Source of the DNA: Octopus vulgaris
Taxonomy: Eukaryota
Direction: 5' to 3'
Length of the DNA stretch: 64,000 nt
Assembly: GCA_951406725.2 (NCBI GenBank)
Contig: OX597833.1
Location: 34,782,001 to 34,846,000, forward strand
A model generated the notes under the pieces. That model was not told where the DNA came from. It was given only the letters and a program-made list of their open reading frames with translations, and ran no database searches. A program made the translations under genes and the position numbers. Positions 50,570-64,000 of the stretch are shown here, piece by piece (the first letter of the stretch is position 1; each line of letters opens with the position of its first letter).

Positions 50570-50905
50570 ACCAGCTCAGGGTCACCTTCCTCCGCTGCTT
50601 CATTGACACAAATACCTAGGAGACAATCGCCAAGGACCGCCTAAAGTGGCAGCATGTCATCGTCAAGGGAACAGACCAGATGGAAAATAACAGACGTCAA
50701 TAGGCAGAGATCAGATGAAGACGCAACGAGCGATTCGCACATGCTCGTCCCCTGTGATAAATGTTCCAGGTTCTTCCATACCGCCCTTGGTCTGAACAGT
50801 CACATCGTGCACCGGTACGCTTTGCACTCATTAGGAAAAAGAGGCTCAATCACTTGTTACAGATTAACTACGTGGATACGAGTTAATGACGACGACAGCG
50901 ACATC
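50570..50905 (+). mobile_element. RTE-clade LINE 3' fragment with C2H2 knuckle
   Basis: ETIAKDRLKW and CDKCSRFFHTALGLNSH; (GAC)n tail. Confidence 0.65.
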
Positions 50906-51041
50906 AACACATTGAAATCACCAAGGATGACTAAGTGATAGGTTAGTGTTAGGGTTTGCAGTGCATCGCAAAATTTCATTTTAAATGTTGGCAATCTATC
51001 GTTTTGACTAGAAGGTGTGTACGCAGCTCAGCTGTTACCAT

Positions 51042-52018
51042 ACGGCGTTCGGTAAATTCCGTAAAATTATTTTATATATTTACTAGCAGTGTTGCTCGGG
51101 TTTGTAAGGGAAATAACTATATAAGCATTTTTAGAGAGTTATAGCCAAAAAATGCATTAAAAATGGGAAAAAAATGATGGTAAATTTTTTTTTAAATCGT
51201 TGACTCATCGTAGACATTTTCAGAGAGTTACTTCCCTTATATAATAGCGAAAAAATGCATTAAAATGGAAAAAAATGATGTTAAATTTTTTTTAAAATCG
51301 TAGACTCATCGTAGACGCGCGCTAATACCCAGAAGGGCTCGATATGAATCACGACTATAAGATACCCGGTTTTGGTTAAACTGCACCGCAAAATGTGGGA
51401 GTAGTTAGGAATCTAAATCGTAGGAGACAGACACACAACTTCACTTTTATATATAAAGATTTCTGTGGCTGGGAATGTACATTTCGTTTGATGTCAACAT
51501 AAAGTGAAAGAGAGAGAAAATTGACAGAGACGTGTGTATGTATTGATGTGGGATGCGAGACAGAAAGTGTGTTGTGTATATGAGAGACAGGTGTATGTTG
51601 CTCTGTGTGTGTGTGTGTGTGTGTGTGAGGAGGGGGAGAGGTGACAGCGTACATTTTATTAATTTATTTTTCCTCGCATCTCTTTTGAGTGTGTGTGTAA
51701 TTGACTGAGAGAGATAGAGTAAATTTTATTTACATTTTCTAGCATCTTTTTTTAGTTAGTGTGTTTGGCTGAGAGAGAAGTGCGTTGTCAGAGAGAGATA
51801 GCGTATTTTTAAAAGTTTTTTTCTCGTATCTTTTACACTCTCTCCCTATCACTCTCTCCCGCTCTCTCGAGTCAAACACTAAAAACACTAAAAACACTAA
51901 AAAAAGTTGCGAGAAAAAGTAAATAAATGAAATTTACGCTATCTCTCTCTGTTAATCACTCACACACTTATTCAAGAGATGCGAGGAAAAATATATAAAA
52001 AAGAATGTACGGTGTCAC

Positions 52019-52062
<44 letters not shown>

Positions 52063-52110
52063 ACACACACACAACACAATTTTTTTACGGAATTTACCGG
52101 ATCAGCTGTT
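51042..52110. mobile_element. TIR-bounded non-autonomous DNA element hosting a Helitron
   Basis: CGGTAAATTCCGTAAAA near 51050 and TTTTACGGAATTTACCG near 52083; interior is loosely palindromic. Confidence 0.6.
51083..51459 (-). mobile_element. Non-autonomous Helitron
   Basis: A|TCTTTATATATAAAAG ... CCCGAGCAACACTGCTAG|T; one arm of the 3' hairpin is deleted relative to the copy at 63883. Confidence 0.75.
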
Positions 52111-52352
52111 CTAGTTTGGCATTTCTGGGAGTCGTATCGAAAGAACCGAAATGTTTTCTATCACGTTCTTTAAATTAAATATTTTCATCATTAAAAGTTT
52201 TACTAAGCTCTGTTATTTATTTCTAAAGAAAGAAAAAAAAATCGTAACGGCGCTTCTATAAGAAAAAAAAAACATCATTGCGACTAAAACACACACACAA
52301 TGAATACTGTAATACTGAAGTGGAGAAATAAAAAAAAAGAAGTTTTTATCTA

Positions 52353-52859
52353 CCGTAAATCCTCGAGTATAATCCGCACTTTTCCATTTAAAGGTCAAAA
52401 TGCCTAGTGCGTACTATATACGAGGGTAAAAAATGAAAATTATTTTCTAAGCCATGTCCGAGTCTCTGTTTGTTGTCCGACAATGTTTATTTAGACACAT
52501 TTTGTGATGTCGGGCGCGAAAATACCTTACACTAAGCCTGAAAGCAATGAAGTCATAAAAGAATCATCCATAACTTGCAGTAAGCAACATTTATTAAATG
52601 TTATTACTGTTATTTCTTTATTTTCTGCAAACAAAATGCACAAAAAAGCTACACGTTTGCATTATGTTATATATACAATAATAATAAAGGACGTTACCGT
52701 ATACATTTTTACAAACCAAGGACGTAATATAGACCTCCTTGACTCAAGTTAGAGAAGGGGTGCGTATTATATACAAGGTTTAGGTTTTTCAGAGGTACAG
52801 CCCCCTAAAAATCCCCTGCGTATTATACTCAAGGGCGGACTATACTCGAGGATTTACGG
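52353..52859. mobile_element. Tc1/mariner-superfamily (Tc2/pogo-like) MITE, 507 bp
   Basis: TA|CCGTAAATCCTCGAGTATA ... TATACTCGAGGATTTACGG|TA; subterminal repeats TGCGTATTATA. Confidence 0.85.
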
Positions 52860-53351
52860 TATCTTGTTTCCATAACCAGCTGTTCGCTTATCCTTCATAA
52901 AGTTCTGAACTGGATTCCACAGCATATTTCTATCATAACGGAGTCCACTCAAGTCTTGTGACTGAAATTAAGTAGACAGAAACTGTAATAGGTCATTGTA
53001 TAAGGCTGTAACTGTAATTCGAAAGCCTAGTTTTGTATTGATTAATAAATTAAATATATTATTCAATATTTGAGGAATATATTAAAAAGGTATGAGTCAA
53101 GATTGCTCATCCATTTTATATTACGAGTAGTTTGTTACGGTGTTCGAACAACACCAACACTACTGCTTTGAAACTAACGTAAGATCCATTTATTTTCAAG
53201 TTTTGTTGATAGTTATGGTACCGCCATTTGCTCCTCCACCTAATAAACGAGTCGGATGAAGGAGTAGGGAGAAGTTAAGGCGCTTCTTTAGAAGCGCACC
53301 TCTCCAAGAAAATGACGATTACTTGTCAAAAAGTTACGAAAATGGGAAATA

Positions 53352-54590
53352 CGAGGGGCGTTCAATAAGTAATGCCCCTGACCCACTTCCCATAGCAGTA
53401 GAGCAACGAAACTTGGCACAGTTATTAGTCTTTTTCTACATAGGAACCACCCAGAGTTACGCATTTCTCCCATCGTTTGATGCGGCTCTGGAGACCGTTT
53501 TTGTAGAAGAACCCAGCTTGGTTCTCCAACCTCAACGTGACTTCAGAAATCAAGGCTGCATCATCTGGGAAACGCTTTCCTTTCAAAAACAACTTCATGA
53601 TTGGGAGGAGTTCATAGCCATACGCCTGTGCTTCTGATCTGGCGACAAGCGAGTTGTGGACCGGAGCGTTGTCCTGCAGGAGAAGGATGCCTTTGCTGAT
53701 TTTGCCCCGCCTCTTGATTTTGATAACTTCTCAATTTCCTCAAAAGTGAAGCATAATAGGCTCCTGCAATTGTGGTACCCTTTGCCAGGAAATCTGTCAT
53801 CACTACTCCGTCCTGGTCCCAGAAGACTGTGAGCATGACCTTGCCAGCGGAGGGCTGCACCCTTGCCTTCTTTGGAGGAGGTGAGTCACGGTGCTTCCAC
53901 TGCATTGACTGGGCTTTGGTCTCTGGATCATCGTGATGGACCCAGGTTTCATCCTGTGTGATCAGTCTTTTGAAAAATTTTGACTCATCTTCTTGGCATA
54001 TCTCCAAATTCACCCTCGAGCACTCGACGCGTTCTTGCTTCTGGAAAGGCGTGAGCAACCTGGGAATCCATCTGGCAGACACCTTTTGCATATGCAAATG
54101 GTCATGAATGATAGTTTCCACAGACCCAGTACTAATCTTGACCTCATGGGCTATTTGGCGAATAGTTATGCGTCGATCTTCCAAAATGGCAGCCTCAACT
54201 TGACGGACAGATGCCTCATCAATGGCAGAAGGGGGCGACCAGATCTGGGAGCTGTTTCCACGGAGTTCCGACCATGTTTGAATTCACGATGCCAGCGTTT
54301 TACAAGGTCATATGATGGGGCATCATCACCATAAGTTACTTTCATTTCATCAAAAGTCTCCCGTGGTGTGCGTCCTTTCAAATACAAAAACCGGATCACT
54401 GCTCGACACTCAACAGGCTCCATTTCACACTTGACTCGGTTCAAACACCTGTAAATCAGAAACCACAATTAATTCAGAGCTGTAATTTGCCACTTACTCT
54501 ATAGAGATATAAATGATTGCACATGCAAAATTTCAGCTAGATCAAACAACTGCAAGTGGGTCAGAGGCATTACTTATTGAACGTCCCTCG
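53352..54590 (-). mobile_element. Mariner transposon (irritans/Hsmar2-like), frameshifted transposase
   Basis: 37-bp TIR CGAGGGGCGTTCAATAAGTAATGCCCCTGACCCACTT with 2 mismatches, TA flanks; WIPRLL, ITQDETWVH, QDNAPVH. Confidence 0.95.
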
Positions 54591-56395
54591 TATATCCAAA
54601 ATAATCTTCCCAGGACCGTCTACCTGAACTGCGGATCAGATTCCCCAACAGATATTTCACGAACGGTTGTGCAGTGGCTCACACCCAGGCCTTCAACGCA
54701 AAACCGGACTGAAGTTAATTCCTTGACCCATGAATGAAAGATCCAGGAAAACAAACACCTCAAAATTATGAAATGAGGTAGTGATAGGACAGTCACCAAA
54801 GTACCCGTTAAGCAGACAACAGCTTGTCTTGTTACTATGGAATGGTGCAACAATATGTTTCTGGCTTTCGCCTGGCTAAAATTACCCAAAATTTGAAAAT
54901 TTTAGAAGCTATTAACTTTTTATTTAATAAGTTATGGCAAAAATGAATTTCATTTCCATAATTAGTATACAAAACTACATTTCGTATACCAAATTTAAAA
55001 GATAAAAAACTGTGACACCAATAGAAAAAGATCCTGCCCTTGTTTATATTGGTCTGCTTATCGAGTCTAATATCAACTAACGAATCAATTTCAATCCTCA
55101 AAGAGTTATAGTGACCTAATAGAACTAGGTCAGGAGTTTTGCAATTCAGAGGGTTGACAATTTCAGTTACATAGAGTAAAAATCTCACCAACCACTTATA
55201 TATAATTGCAGGGTCTCTTCAGAGATTTTTTTTATCGTTTCTGGGGACCATGATAACTTCGGAATCTTTGAGAAAGTAAACGAAAGTTGTTTTCTGTTTC
55301 CTGTCTCAGACCCGAAGGAAGATTTGCAATCAGCTCTACAAACGAACAAAACATTAGCTGTTCCAACAGCTTACATCATAGTTTCTTTACATGTATCCAG
55401 AAATCGCTTCTATACATCAGCTGAATTTCATTTTCGTAAAGATGGCGATTGCCAACGTAAATGACTGCAGTTTATACCGCAGAATAAGACATGCCTGGTG
55501 AGATTTGAACTCGGAAGTGAATACAGTAAACCATACAGTCCGACGCTTTAATGATTACTGTTTCTACCACGTCGAACAACTATATTAACATGTATTTCTT
55601 TTTATCAGAAAGAAGTCGTTTAGATGTATTTGGTGGAAGACGAAATTAGAAACTTCTAGGTATTTTATCAGAAAGAAATTTGATCATCATCAGATGAAAT
55701 GACTTCAAATGGGATTTGAAACTGCATCATGATTTCAGCTTGCTCGAAGTTTTAATTTTTTTAACGTGTTCCACAGGAACATCACTTTTAAGATATCTAT
55801 ATAAATTTCTAACTTAGGAATAGAGTCAGATTTTAGTGGTTATGTGTTTGTATGGGATTAAATAACATATCTTTAAGATCCCGGAAAGATGGAAAGCTAA
55901 AGTAACCTGGATGTAATTTGATATCAGAAGGTAAAAGGCTACAAAATATTTTGTCCACGAATTTCCAGTCTGTCCATCCACTACCTAAAATATGAACGAA
56001 GTAAAACCCCATATTGGTCGTATATCGGATGACTACTAATTTTATCAGGATTAAAAATAAAGAAAAGGAAATTGTTAGTAAAATACTTCATCTTATCAGT
56101 CGACACTGAAATAAATTTATTGTCACGTAATACAACTACGTTCGAAGTTAACCTAATGTTTGGTATATATATATATATATATAGGTTGATTCCTATATCG
56201 CAATATTCCGGCAGAATATCGGTTTTCAGCTACAATTAGACCTGGAGAGAATTAAAAGAACTTATCTACGGATACGGCACAAATTAATGCAAAGAGTCTT
56301 GGTTGACACGATACTGTTAATAAAATATCTGTACTATATGTCGACTTGAGTTTATGCCTAACTCATCTCGCCATTCAAGACGAAGACACTTCGGT

Positions 56396-56488
56396 ACTAC
56401 TTAAATACAGAGGTCTCTAAAAACCAACCCTAAAACTAACCAACCAACCATAAAATCTAACCCTACGGGTCCTCTGTATTTGAGTAGT
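56396..56488. repeat. Small inverted-repeat element with CTAACC-rich interior
   Basis: ACTACTTAAATACAGAGG / CCTCTGTATTTGAGTAGT. Confidence 0.65.
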
Positions 56489-57607
56489 CGTTTGACTTGT
56501 TAGAAATAGCAGCCAAATTCTCCGTTATAAAGCCACTTCTATCTTAAAGAACGCATATAATTTAGTGCTAGTTACCCTGTGACTAAATAACGAAAACAGG
56601 ATGTCCATAGTTTGAATTCATTTAAACATAACTGTCTTTTCGACTAGGACCTAACAAAACTATTTGATAATTTGTACACTGTAATTACACAAACGTATCT
56701 AATAGGTGACAACATTGAGTAAATTTTTACTATTAAACTGGTCTCCCTTTAAAAGCGTGGTTTCACAAAGGACGGTTTTCGACAGTTTTGATGGTCAAAT
56801 TCGTTCCGTTTAAATGCTAGTCTGATATGAAACCTCCCCCACGTTTTTCAGGTCTACAAATGAAGTAGCTCAAATTACTATAAAAATCCAGAAATTAATA
56901 AAGTTCGTTTTACGGAAAATTTTATGCAATAAAGTTTATTATATATATAGACTTAGTTTCTTATTACAAATACTAAACATTAGATAGAAGTATTGGAACA
57001 TCGTCTTGTTTATACATTGGCGGGGAAGAAGAGGAATAAATATTTGAAATTTAAAAGTTACTCTAGGTTTTCGCAAATTAGTCGGTCTTTGAAGACATAT
57101 ATACGGGAAAAAAAGAAAAGAAAAAAAAAACAAGGTAAATAAAGCAAAGTAAATATTTGCGATAATTAAGAAAGTTATTTGCTTAAAGATTTTAAAGACG
57201 TTTTGTTGATTGTTATAATCAGCAAACATTTAAATTTAACAGATGGTTCGGTTTAAATAAATAGTTGTATAAATAGAAAAAAATTAAATATCCAAGATTT
57301 GTACACAGTTGAAAATAATCCTGCTTCCATGAAAGGATTTTTTAACCGAAGGATTAAAATGTAATTGATCATGTTGTCCGAAACAAATAAGAATGAAAAA
57401 ATAAAAAAAAATAACCAAATTTATAATTTCCAAATTCTGTGCGTGTGTATAGATAGATATCTCCATCTATTCCACCAGCTCCAGCGTATCTAAATAAATT
57501 TTTATATAACTTAATTTTTTTCTTTCTTTTTTTTTTTTTTTTGGCAAAGATTCGTGAACGATTTTGATTTAAGGACACGCCAGAATAAGCTAATTTCTTA
57601 TTTGGTC

Positions 57608-57949
57608 TTAACAAGATTCATCTTCAGATAAAGACACGGAATCATCTGAAATCCCACTCCAGTCTGTCAACTCTTCTGGCTGGGGGTATGTTCGTGTGCG
57701 ATTTTTATGTACTAGAGAAGCACGTCTGTTTGATTGCAGCCAGTCAGGTCGTTCATTCTCATAGCTGTTGAAATAACTCTCCAAGGAATTTAGACTTTTT
57801 GCGTGTCTCCTAATTGTTTTAAAAGAAGACTTATGTTCAAGAATATTCATGTTATTAAAATCGACTTCCATGTTAGAGCTTTCTGTTGGCGAAATTAGCC
57901 TGCAAGAAAAGAACTGTAAAGCTCTTTTCCACATATTACGGTTCGACAT
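57608..57949 (-). CDS. Hypothetical 113-aa protein, single coding exon
   Basis: ATG-to-stop ORF in non-repetitive sequence, more GC-rich than its flanks, hydrophilic, acidic Ser-rich tail; minus-strand AATAAA at 56935-56940. No family recognised. Confidence 0.4.
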   Translation of the reverse strand: MSNRNMWKRALQFFSCRLISPTESSNMEVDFNNMNILEHKSSFKTIRRHAKSLNSLESYFNSYENERPDWLQSNRRASLVHKNRTRTYPQPEELTDWSGISDDSVSLSEDESC

Positions 57950-58559
57950 AGCTCAGTTTATTTTTTAAAGTCGGATGCACAGCTTATAATGCGTTTATGA
58001 TTTTCTTTGATCTAATAATTATTTTTTTAAAAATAAATATATCGTTATCAAATGTTCAAATAAGGCAATTTGCTCGAGGTATCTGCGATTAGAGAACGTG
58101 CCGAAATATTAAAAATCAACAGTTCTAACACCATACACGAACGCAATAAAAAATGAGAATGACAAAAATAATCGATGATTTTGAAAATACGGCCACCAGA
58201 TTCTATTAGAAATTCATTTACTAGATTGGCTTAGCAACAAATATTTCGATTTCAGATACCAATAGTATTCCTCCTACCGCTTTACCGTTACCTTTGATTA
58301 ACCAGGAAGACAAGAGGTACTGGTTGAATTGACAGAAAATTAACCGAACGGCTGACAGTTTGTAGCCGTTACTGGCAACACGCTTGTGTTAAAGACGCGC
58401 ATTTCCTCGATGGACTCGTCCACTAATTTGTAATTTTCTTTTTAGTGATAATATTTTAATTATAACATCTAAATACAAAGAAACGGGAAAAAGAGAGCGA
58501 GAAAAGAAAAGAAAAGAATGTGAGTCTGGTAGAGCAGCAGAAGATGGTGGGGGAGTGGA

Positions 58560-58880
58560 CTACATACCCCGGAACAAATAGTGTGCTCATCTGCAACTCC
58601 ACGGTAATGACCACAATGTCAATTGCCCTTATCCTTCGTTATATGTACCCCATGTTTTGTGTTGTCCGTCCTTGTTATGCAGGCTACATACCTATAAGAT
58701 TAAACGATAGCCAGCGATCGTTGCAGCAGTCACTCCACCTCTCGGGGCTGATTTCTTCGACGGGTCACAGTTATCCCTATTTTGTGGAGGAAATCGGTAG
58801 TATGGGGTCCGAGAACACCGGATGTCTCGACGGCGAGCATAGAAAATCGATCATAGGATGGTACAGTTCACTTATATACG
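58560..58880 (-). mobile_element. CRE-clade non-LTR 3' fragment, second family
   Basis: Minus-strand RFSMLAVETSGVLGPHTTDFLHKIG...QPREVE*LLQR matches the CRE AVETxG..GP...FL pattern. Confidence 0.65.
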
Positions 58881-59191
58881 ATGCGAAGGAATTGTTTGAT
58901 GAATTTGTTTATTTTTGTCACAGTGGTTTTAGTTAACTAGAACTTGCAAGTATGGAACACACAGAGGATTTTCTTTTATGACTACTCAGACCATGGCACA
59001 GGCTCATCTTAGAATAAAATGACTGAGTAGAATTCCATGAAGTTACATGATACATTCACTGACATTTCGATAGATCTTATATGGTGGAAAGAATAAAATG
59101 AACGTATATAGGCGATTAGTAAAAAGAAAACAATAGGTCAACTGTAATCTTTTGACAAAACGAAAAATAACGTCAATGCGGTAAAGGGGAC

Positions 59192-59365
59192 TTGTCAGTG
59201 AATCATTCCTTCCAGCCTGTGGCGTTTGAGACGTTTGGAGGGGCTGGGCCGCTAATAGCGAAGTTCTTGTCAACGTTGGCGGCTCGTCTTACTGAGGTGT
59301 CCGGTGAAATCCGTGAGGGTGCTTGGCTGTTTCAAGGCCTTAGCCTCGCCATCACCCGTGGTAAT
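59192..59365 (+). mobile_element. CRE-clade non-LTR 3' fragment
   Basis: FQPVAFETFGGAGPLIAKFLSTLAARLTEVSGEIREGAWLFQGLSLAITRGN, cut by a SINE. Confidence 0.8.
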
Positions 59366-59765
59366 ACCTATTTTTTTACTACCCACAAGGGGCTAAACAC
59401 AAAGAGAACAAACAAGGACAGACAAACGGATTAAGTCGGTTATATCGACCCCAGTGCGTAGCTCGTACTTATTTAATCGACCCCGAAAGGATGAAAGGGA
59501 AAGTCGACCTCGGCGGAATTTGAACTCAGAACGTAGCGGCAGACGAAATACCTATTTTTTTACTACCCACAAGGGGCTAAACACAGAGAGGACAAACAAG
59601 GACAAAGGGATTAAGTCGATTACATCGACTCCAGTGCGTAACTGGTACTTAATTTATCGACCCCGAAAGGATGAAAGGCAAAGTCGACCTTGGCGGAATT
59701 TGAACTCAGAACGTAAAGGAAGACGAAATACGGCTACGCATTTCGCCCGGCGTGCTAACGATTCT
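59365..59765 (-). mobile_element. Two tandem young SINE family C copies
   Basis: AATACCTATTTTTTTACTACCCACAAGGGGCTAAACAC unit repeated twice. Confidence 0.85.
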
Positions 59766-59925
59766 CTTGTTCTTTCTTTTTCTTCTTTCTTCCTCTTCTT
59801 TCTTTTTTACTTTCTTCGCTGTTTATGTTTTCTTCGATTTTGGATTTGTATTTTAATGTGGCTTTGTATTACATATGTATCATATATATACGTGTTGTAC
59901 AAGTAGATATTCAATTTTAATGTGG

Positions 59926-60946
<1,021 letters not shown>

Positions 60947-60959
60947 AAAAAAAAAGAAA

Positions 60960-61002
<43 letters not shown>

Positions 61003-61500
61003 ATTAAAGCGGTAGAGTCAGTTGGTTCCGTACCCCAATCGTGCTAAAAAAATGTCGTAAACAAGCTTTCTTTCATCATTACTCTGAGTCACTGTTTCTT
61101 TTCATCTGCCGTACATACGATTTTCGCAGATACTTAATTACCCGAGATTTCATCTATTATGTCACAGACCCTTTATCTCTCACCCTTAATAAAATTACAT
61201 TGTTTTCCTCGACTATATTTGACATAATTAATTCTTAGCTAAGATGATCATTTATGTACTCCATCCATCTTTCATCTCTTCCTAGGGTGCCATTTGTTAG
61301 CTTTCGGACCAGGTATCTAGTTTGAGAATAATTTTCTACTTTTCTCGCACTAACTTCCGAAGCTCTTGAAGATTTACCTTCGTTCTCTGATTACTCCATA
61401 AAACAAAACAAAACTAAAAGACTACAACTGCATTTGACTTGGCAATATAATACAATGTTGAAACGCATGTTCAATCATCGTCGTATGCATAACTTTATAA

Positions 61501-62206
61501 TTAAATTTTCTAAAGGTTAATTGCCCGCTTTCAGTTCAATTTTCCTGTATCAAGTGGATTATAAGTGGATAAATCAGTGTATTGGCTTTAGAATAACCTT
61601 CTTTAGCCCTTAATTATAAGATGTTTATACTTCAACCGTAAATTTTTTTTTAATATACTGCCACGCTTTTTGATGGAATCCTTTTCTGTAGAGAAAGGGA
61701 CTTCATCCTATATTGTTAGTAGTAAACTCACTGCTTGTTACAAGGGGACCGGTAACCATTGCAATATGTAGCGGCGATAGGTCAACACGTTGTTCTGAGA
61801 CTGACCAAGGAATTTTTATTTTTAGATATAAATGATGTACTTAAATGTAGTTGTGTTTTTAGCTTCTGCTTTTTCCATGATCACATGTGAGTATTTTATT
61901 TATATTCCCTCGTAAGCTCTACTGAAGAAGAATGTATCCTTTATAGGGATTAATTCCGAAATTAATTCAATATAGAGATAACGAAATTTAAATTTTTTAA
62001 AGGTTAGTTGCCCGCTTTCAGTTCAATTTTCCTGTAACAAGTGGATTATAAGTGGATAAATCAGTGTATTGGCTTTAGAATAACCTTCTTTAGCCCTTAA
62101 TTATAAGATGTTTATACTTCAACCGTAAAGGTTTTTTTTAATATACTGCCACGATTTTTGATGGAATCCTTTTCTGTAGAGAAAGGGACTTCATCCTATA
62201 TTGTTA

Positions 62207-62209
<3 letters not shown>
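61501..62209 (+). repeat. Two direct repeats of about 220 bp (61501-61721 and 61988-62209)
   Basis: Near-identical TTAAATTTT.TAAAGGTTA.TTGCCCGC...CATCCTATATTGTTAGTA; offset about 487 bp. Confidence 0.95.
61917..61977 (+). ncRNA. Minimal type-I hammerhead ribozyme motif
   Basis: Stem I CTCTA/TAGAG, core CTGAAGA, stem II (A)GAAT..ATCCT/GGGAT..ATTC(C), GAAA, stem III TT/AA, triplet ATA; the 10.1-11.1 pair is A-C instead of G-C. Confidence 0.75.
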
Positions 62210-62258
<49 letters not shown>

Positions 62259-62603
62259 TTGAGGGAATATTAATCCTAACTAACAGGGAAAAAATTCAAT
62301 TTAGAAAGACTAAATCAAATTTCACACAATATAATATACATATATAAAAAATTAGAAAAAACCACCTTTTATCTCAAGAAAAAAACATTTTGGTGTTTGC
62401 TGTTTTTTTTCTTGAGAACACTCTTCGTGGTAAGGCGATTTGACGTCTATTTCTAGCGTATAGGATTCCACTTTAGTGGTCATTCCTCTTATTAATTGTG
62501 ATATAATTTTTAAATCTTCGGATTTTTTTGAATATGCTAAACCACTGGTTTAAATTGATGTTAATTGATTGATATCATTTTCTACCCTCAGTATTTTTAT
62601 ACG

Positions 62604-62635
<32 letters not shown>

Positions 62636-63882
62636 CGTATATATATAACTGCTCGCGACCATATAGGGACTAGAAGAATTAGCGAAGAATTGGCTTTAGA
62701 AAAAGACAAGATAGATGTGGGTCATAATTTCATGGGTCGACTCAAGGCCACAGAATATGATAAAGCGGAGTAGAAACAAGAACCAGCTTTTAAAAAGCAA
62801 AATAATTACATAATCGAAAGTAATCTGCCTTTGCGACAGAGTACGCTCCCTTCATAATGAAGCCTATGATTTTTTTTCTCTCAAACTGGAGTAATTTAGT
62901 AGTAATTTAGTAGTTCCATAAAGTTAAGAAAAGAAGAACAAGAGAAAAACAAAATAAGAAAAGCAATTTATTGAAAATTTCTTTTCTCTATGTCGCGATA
63001 AAATCACAGTGAAATAAATACCATAGCTCCTTTGCAAAAGTAATTTTTTTTGGTGTAAATAAATACTTCGATGAAAACAAATCATTTACAGCTTCACTGT
63101 ACACTGTGAACTTTTTTGGGCATGCTATTTCCCAGCATGATTCTTCTTTTCGTATTGTTGACATTAGACATTCATCTATGGTGTTGCATTTCGTGAACTC
63201 ACACAAAACTTACGTGATGTGAACAGAACAAGCATCAAAATGTTCTCAATAATTTTACGTTTTTTAACATCTTTCATCTCAACCTTACCATTTATTTACA
63301 AGTTTATTTGAATCTTTTGGTCAATAATGCAGACTTAATGTGAAATAATTAGGGAAAGATATCAAATTCGCTCCTTTTATCATGATCTGTAACATTCCAT
63401 ATAAAATTTGAAATATAAAAACAGAGGAAGGGGAACAACTTTGATGGAGTTCAACGAAAAAAAATATTAGTTCTATTATTATTTTTCCTTGATTAAACCC
63501 TTTGAAGGCCATATTGCGTGAAATCTGCTCTAAAGAAAGTGCTTAAATAAAAAATTCAATTTCTGGATTAAAATCTCGTAAATATATGTTCTGTAATATT
63601 AGATTTCATTAAATAAACATTTATTACTTCATTTAACATCATAAATTCTTGATTGCTTCCCTTTACATGAATGACTTTCTTTTTGGCCAATTAATGTATG
63701 AGAGAAAAAGAGAAAGGGGAGGAGGAAAAGTGTGAAAGGGAAAGATAGTAAGAGAGTGAAAGAGAGAGGGAGATAAAGGGAGAGGGAGAAGAGGTAAATA
63801 AATATCTTTCTTTTCCTAAGATGTATTGACATATCTATCTCTGATATTCCACTGCAAATTATTTTCAAAATTTATATACGTA

Positions 63883-64000
63883 CTAGCAGTATCGCCCGGC
63901 GTTGCTCGGGTTTGTTTCGACCCTTTAGAATTGGAATTTTTGAAAAGTAAAAATTTTGCATTATGTAGCTTGTTATTCTCTTTAAGTGAACATTTTTCTG
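63883..64000 (-). mobile_element. Helitron 3' end, runs off the window
   Basis: Minus strand CCCGAGCAACGCCGGG hairpin followed by CGATACTG CTAG|T. Confidence 0.7.

Noticed and set aside
58520-58936. 138-aa plus-strand ORF
   Set aside because: Antisense shadow of a CRE fragment on the minus strand.
61000-61500. Possible Penelope GIY-YIG coding remnant next to the hammerhead unit
   Set aside because: I could not recover a convincing motif in any frame by hand.

Overview
Eukaryotic, AT-rich, repeat-dense DNA. The SINE families, (TA)n/(ATT)n microsatellites and LINE set look like an octopus (coleoid cephalopod) genome; this is recognition from memory, not a search. Two host genes sit head-to-head around a CpG-retaining region: (1) a minus-strand gene whose 1.3-kb coding block (10086-11423) encodes two LOTUS/OST-HTH domains (TDRD5/TDRD7/Tejas-like germ-granule protein), with no Tudor domain visible in this window; (2) a complete three-exon TMEM170 on the plus strand (14361-14493, 33955-34125, 35295-35425; 144 aa). 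A possible small orphan gene lies at 57608-57949 (-). The rest is mobile DNA: a nearly intact CR1-group LINE plus two truncated relatives, a second LINE, CRE, RTE and R4/Dong fragments, two mariners, Helitrons, MITEs and many SINEs. The most interesting unannotated signals are three minimal type-I hammerhead ribozyme motifs (35061, 60583, 61917), each in a short module inserted in (TA)n, and several long fold-back hairpins inside the probable transcription units. SINE and old-fragment boundaries are approximate; splice junctions, TIRs and ribozyme coordinates were counted by hand.
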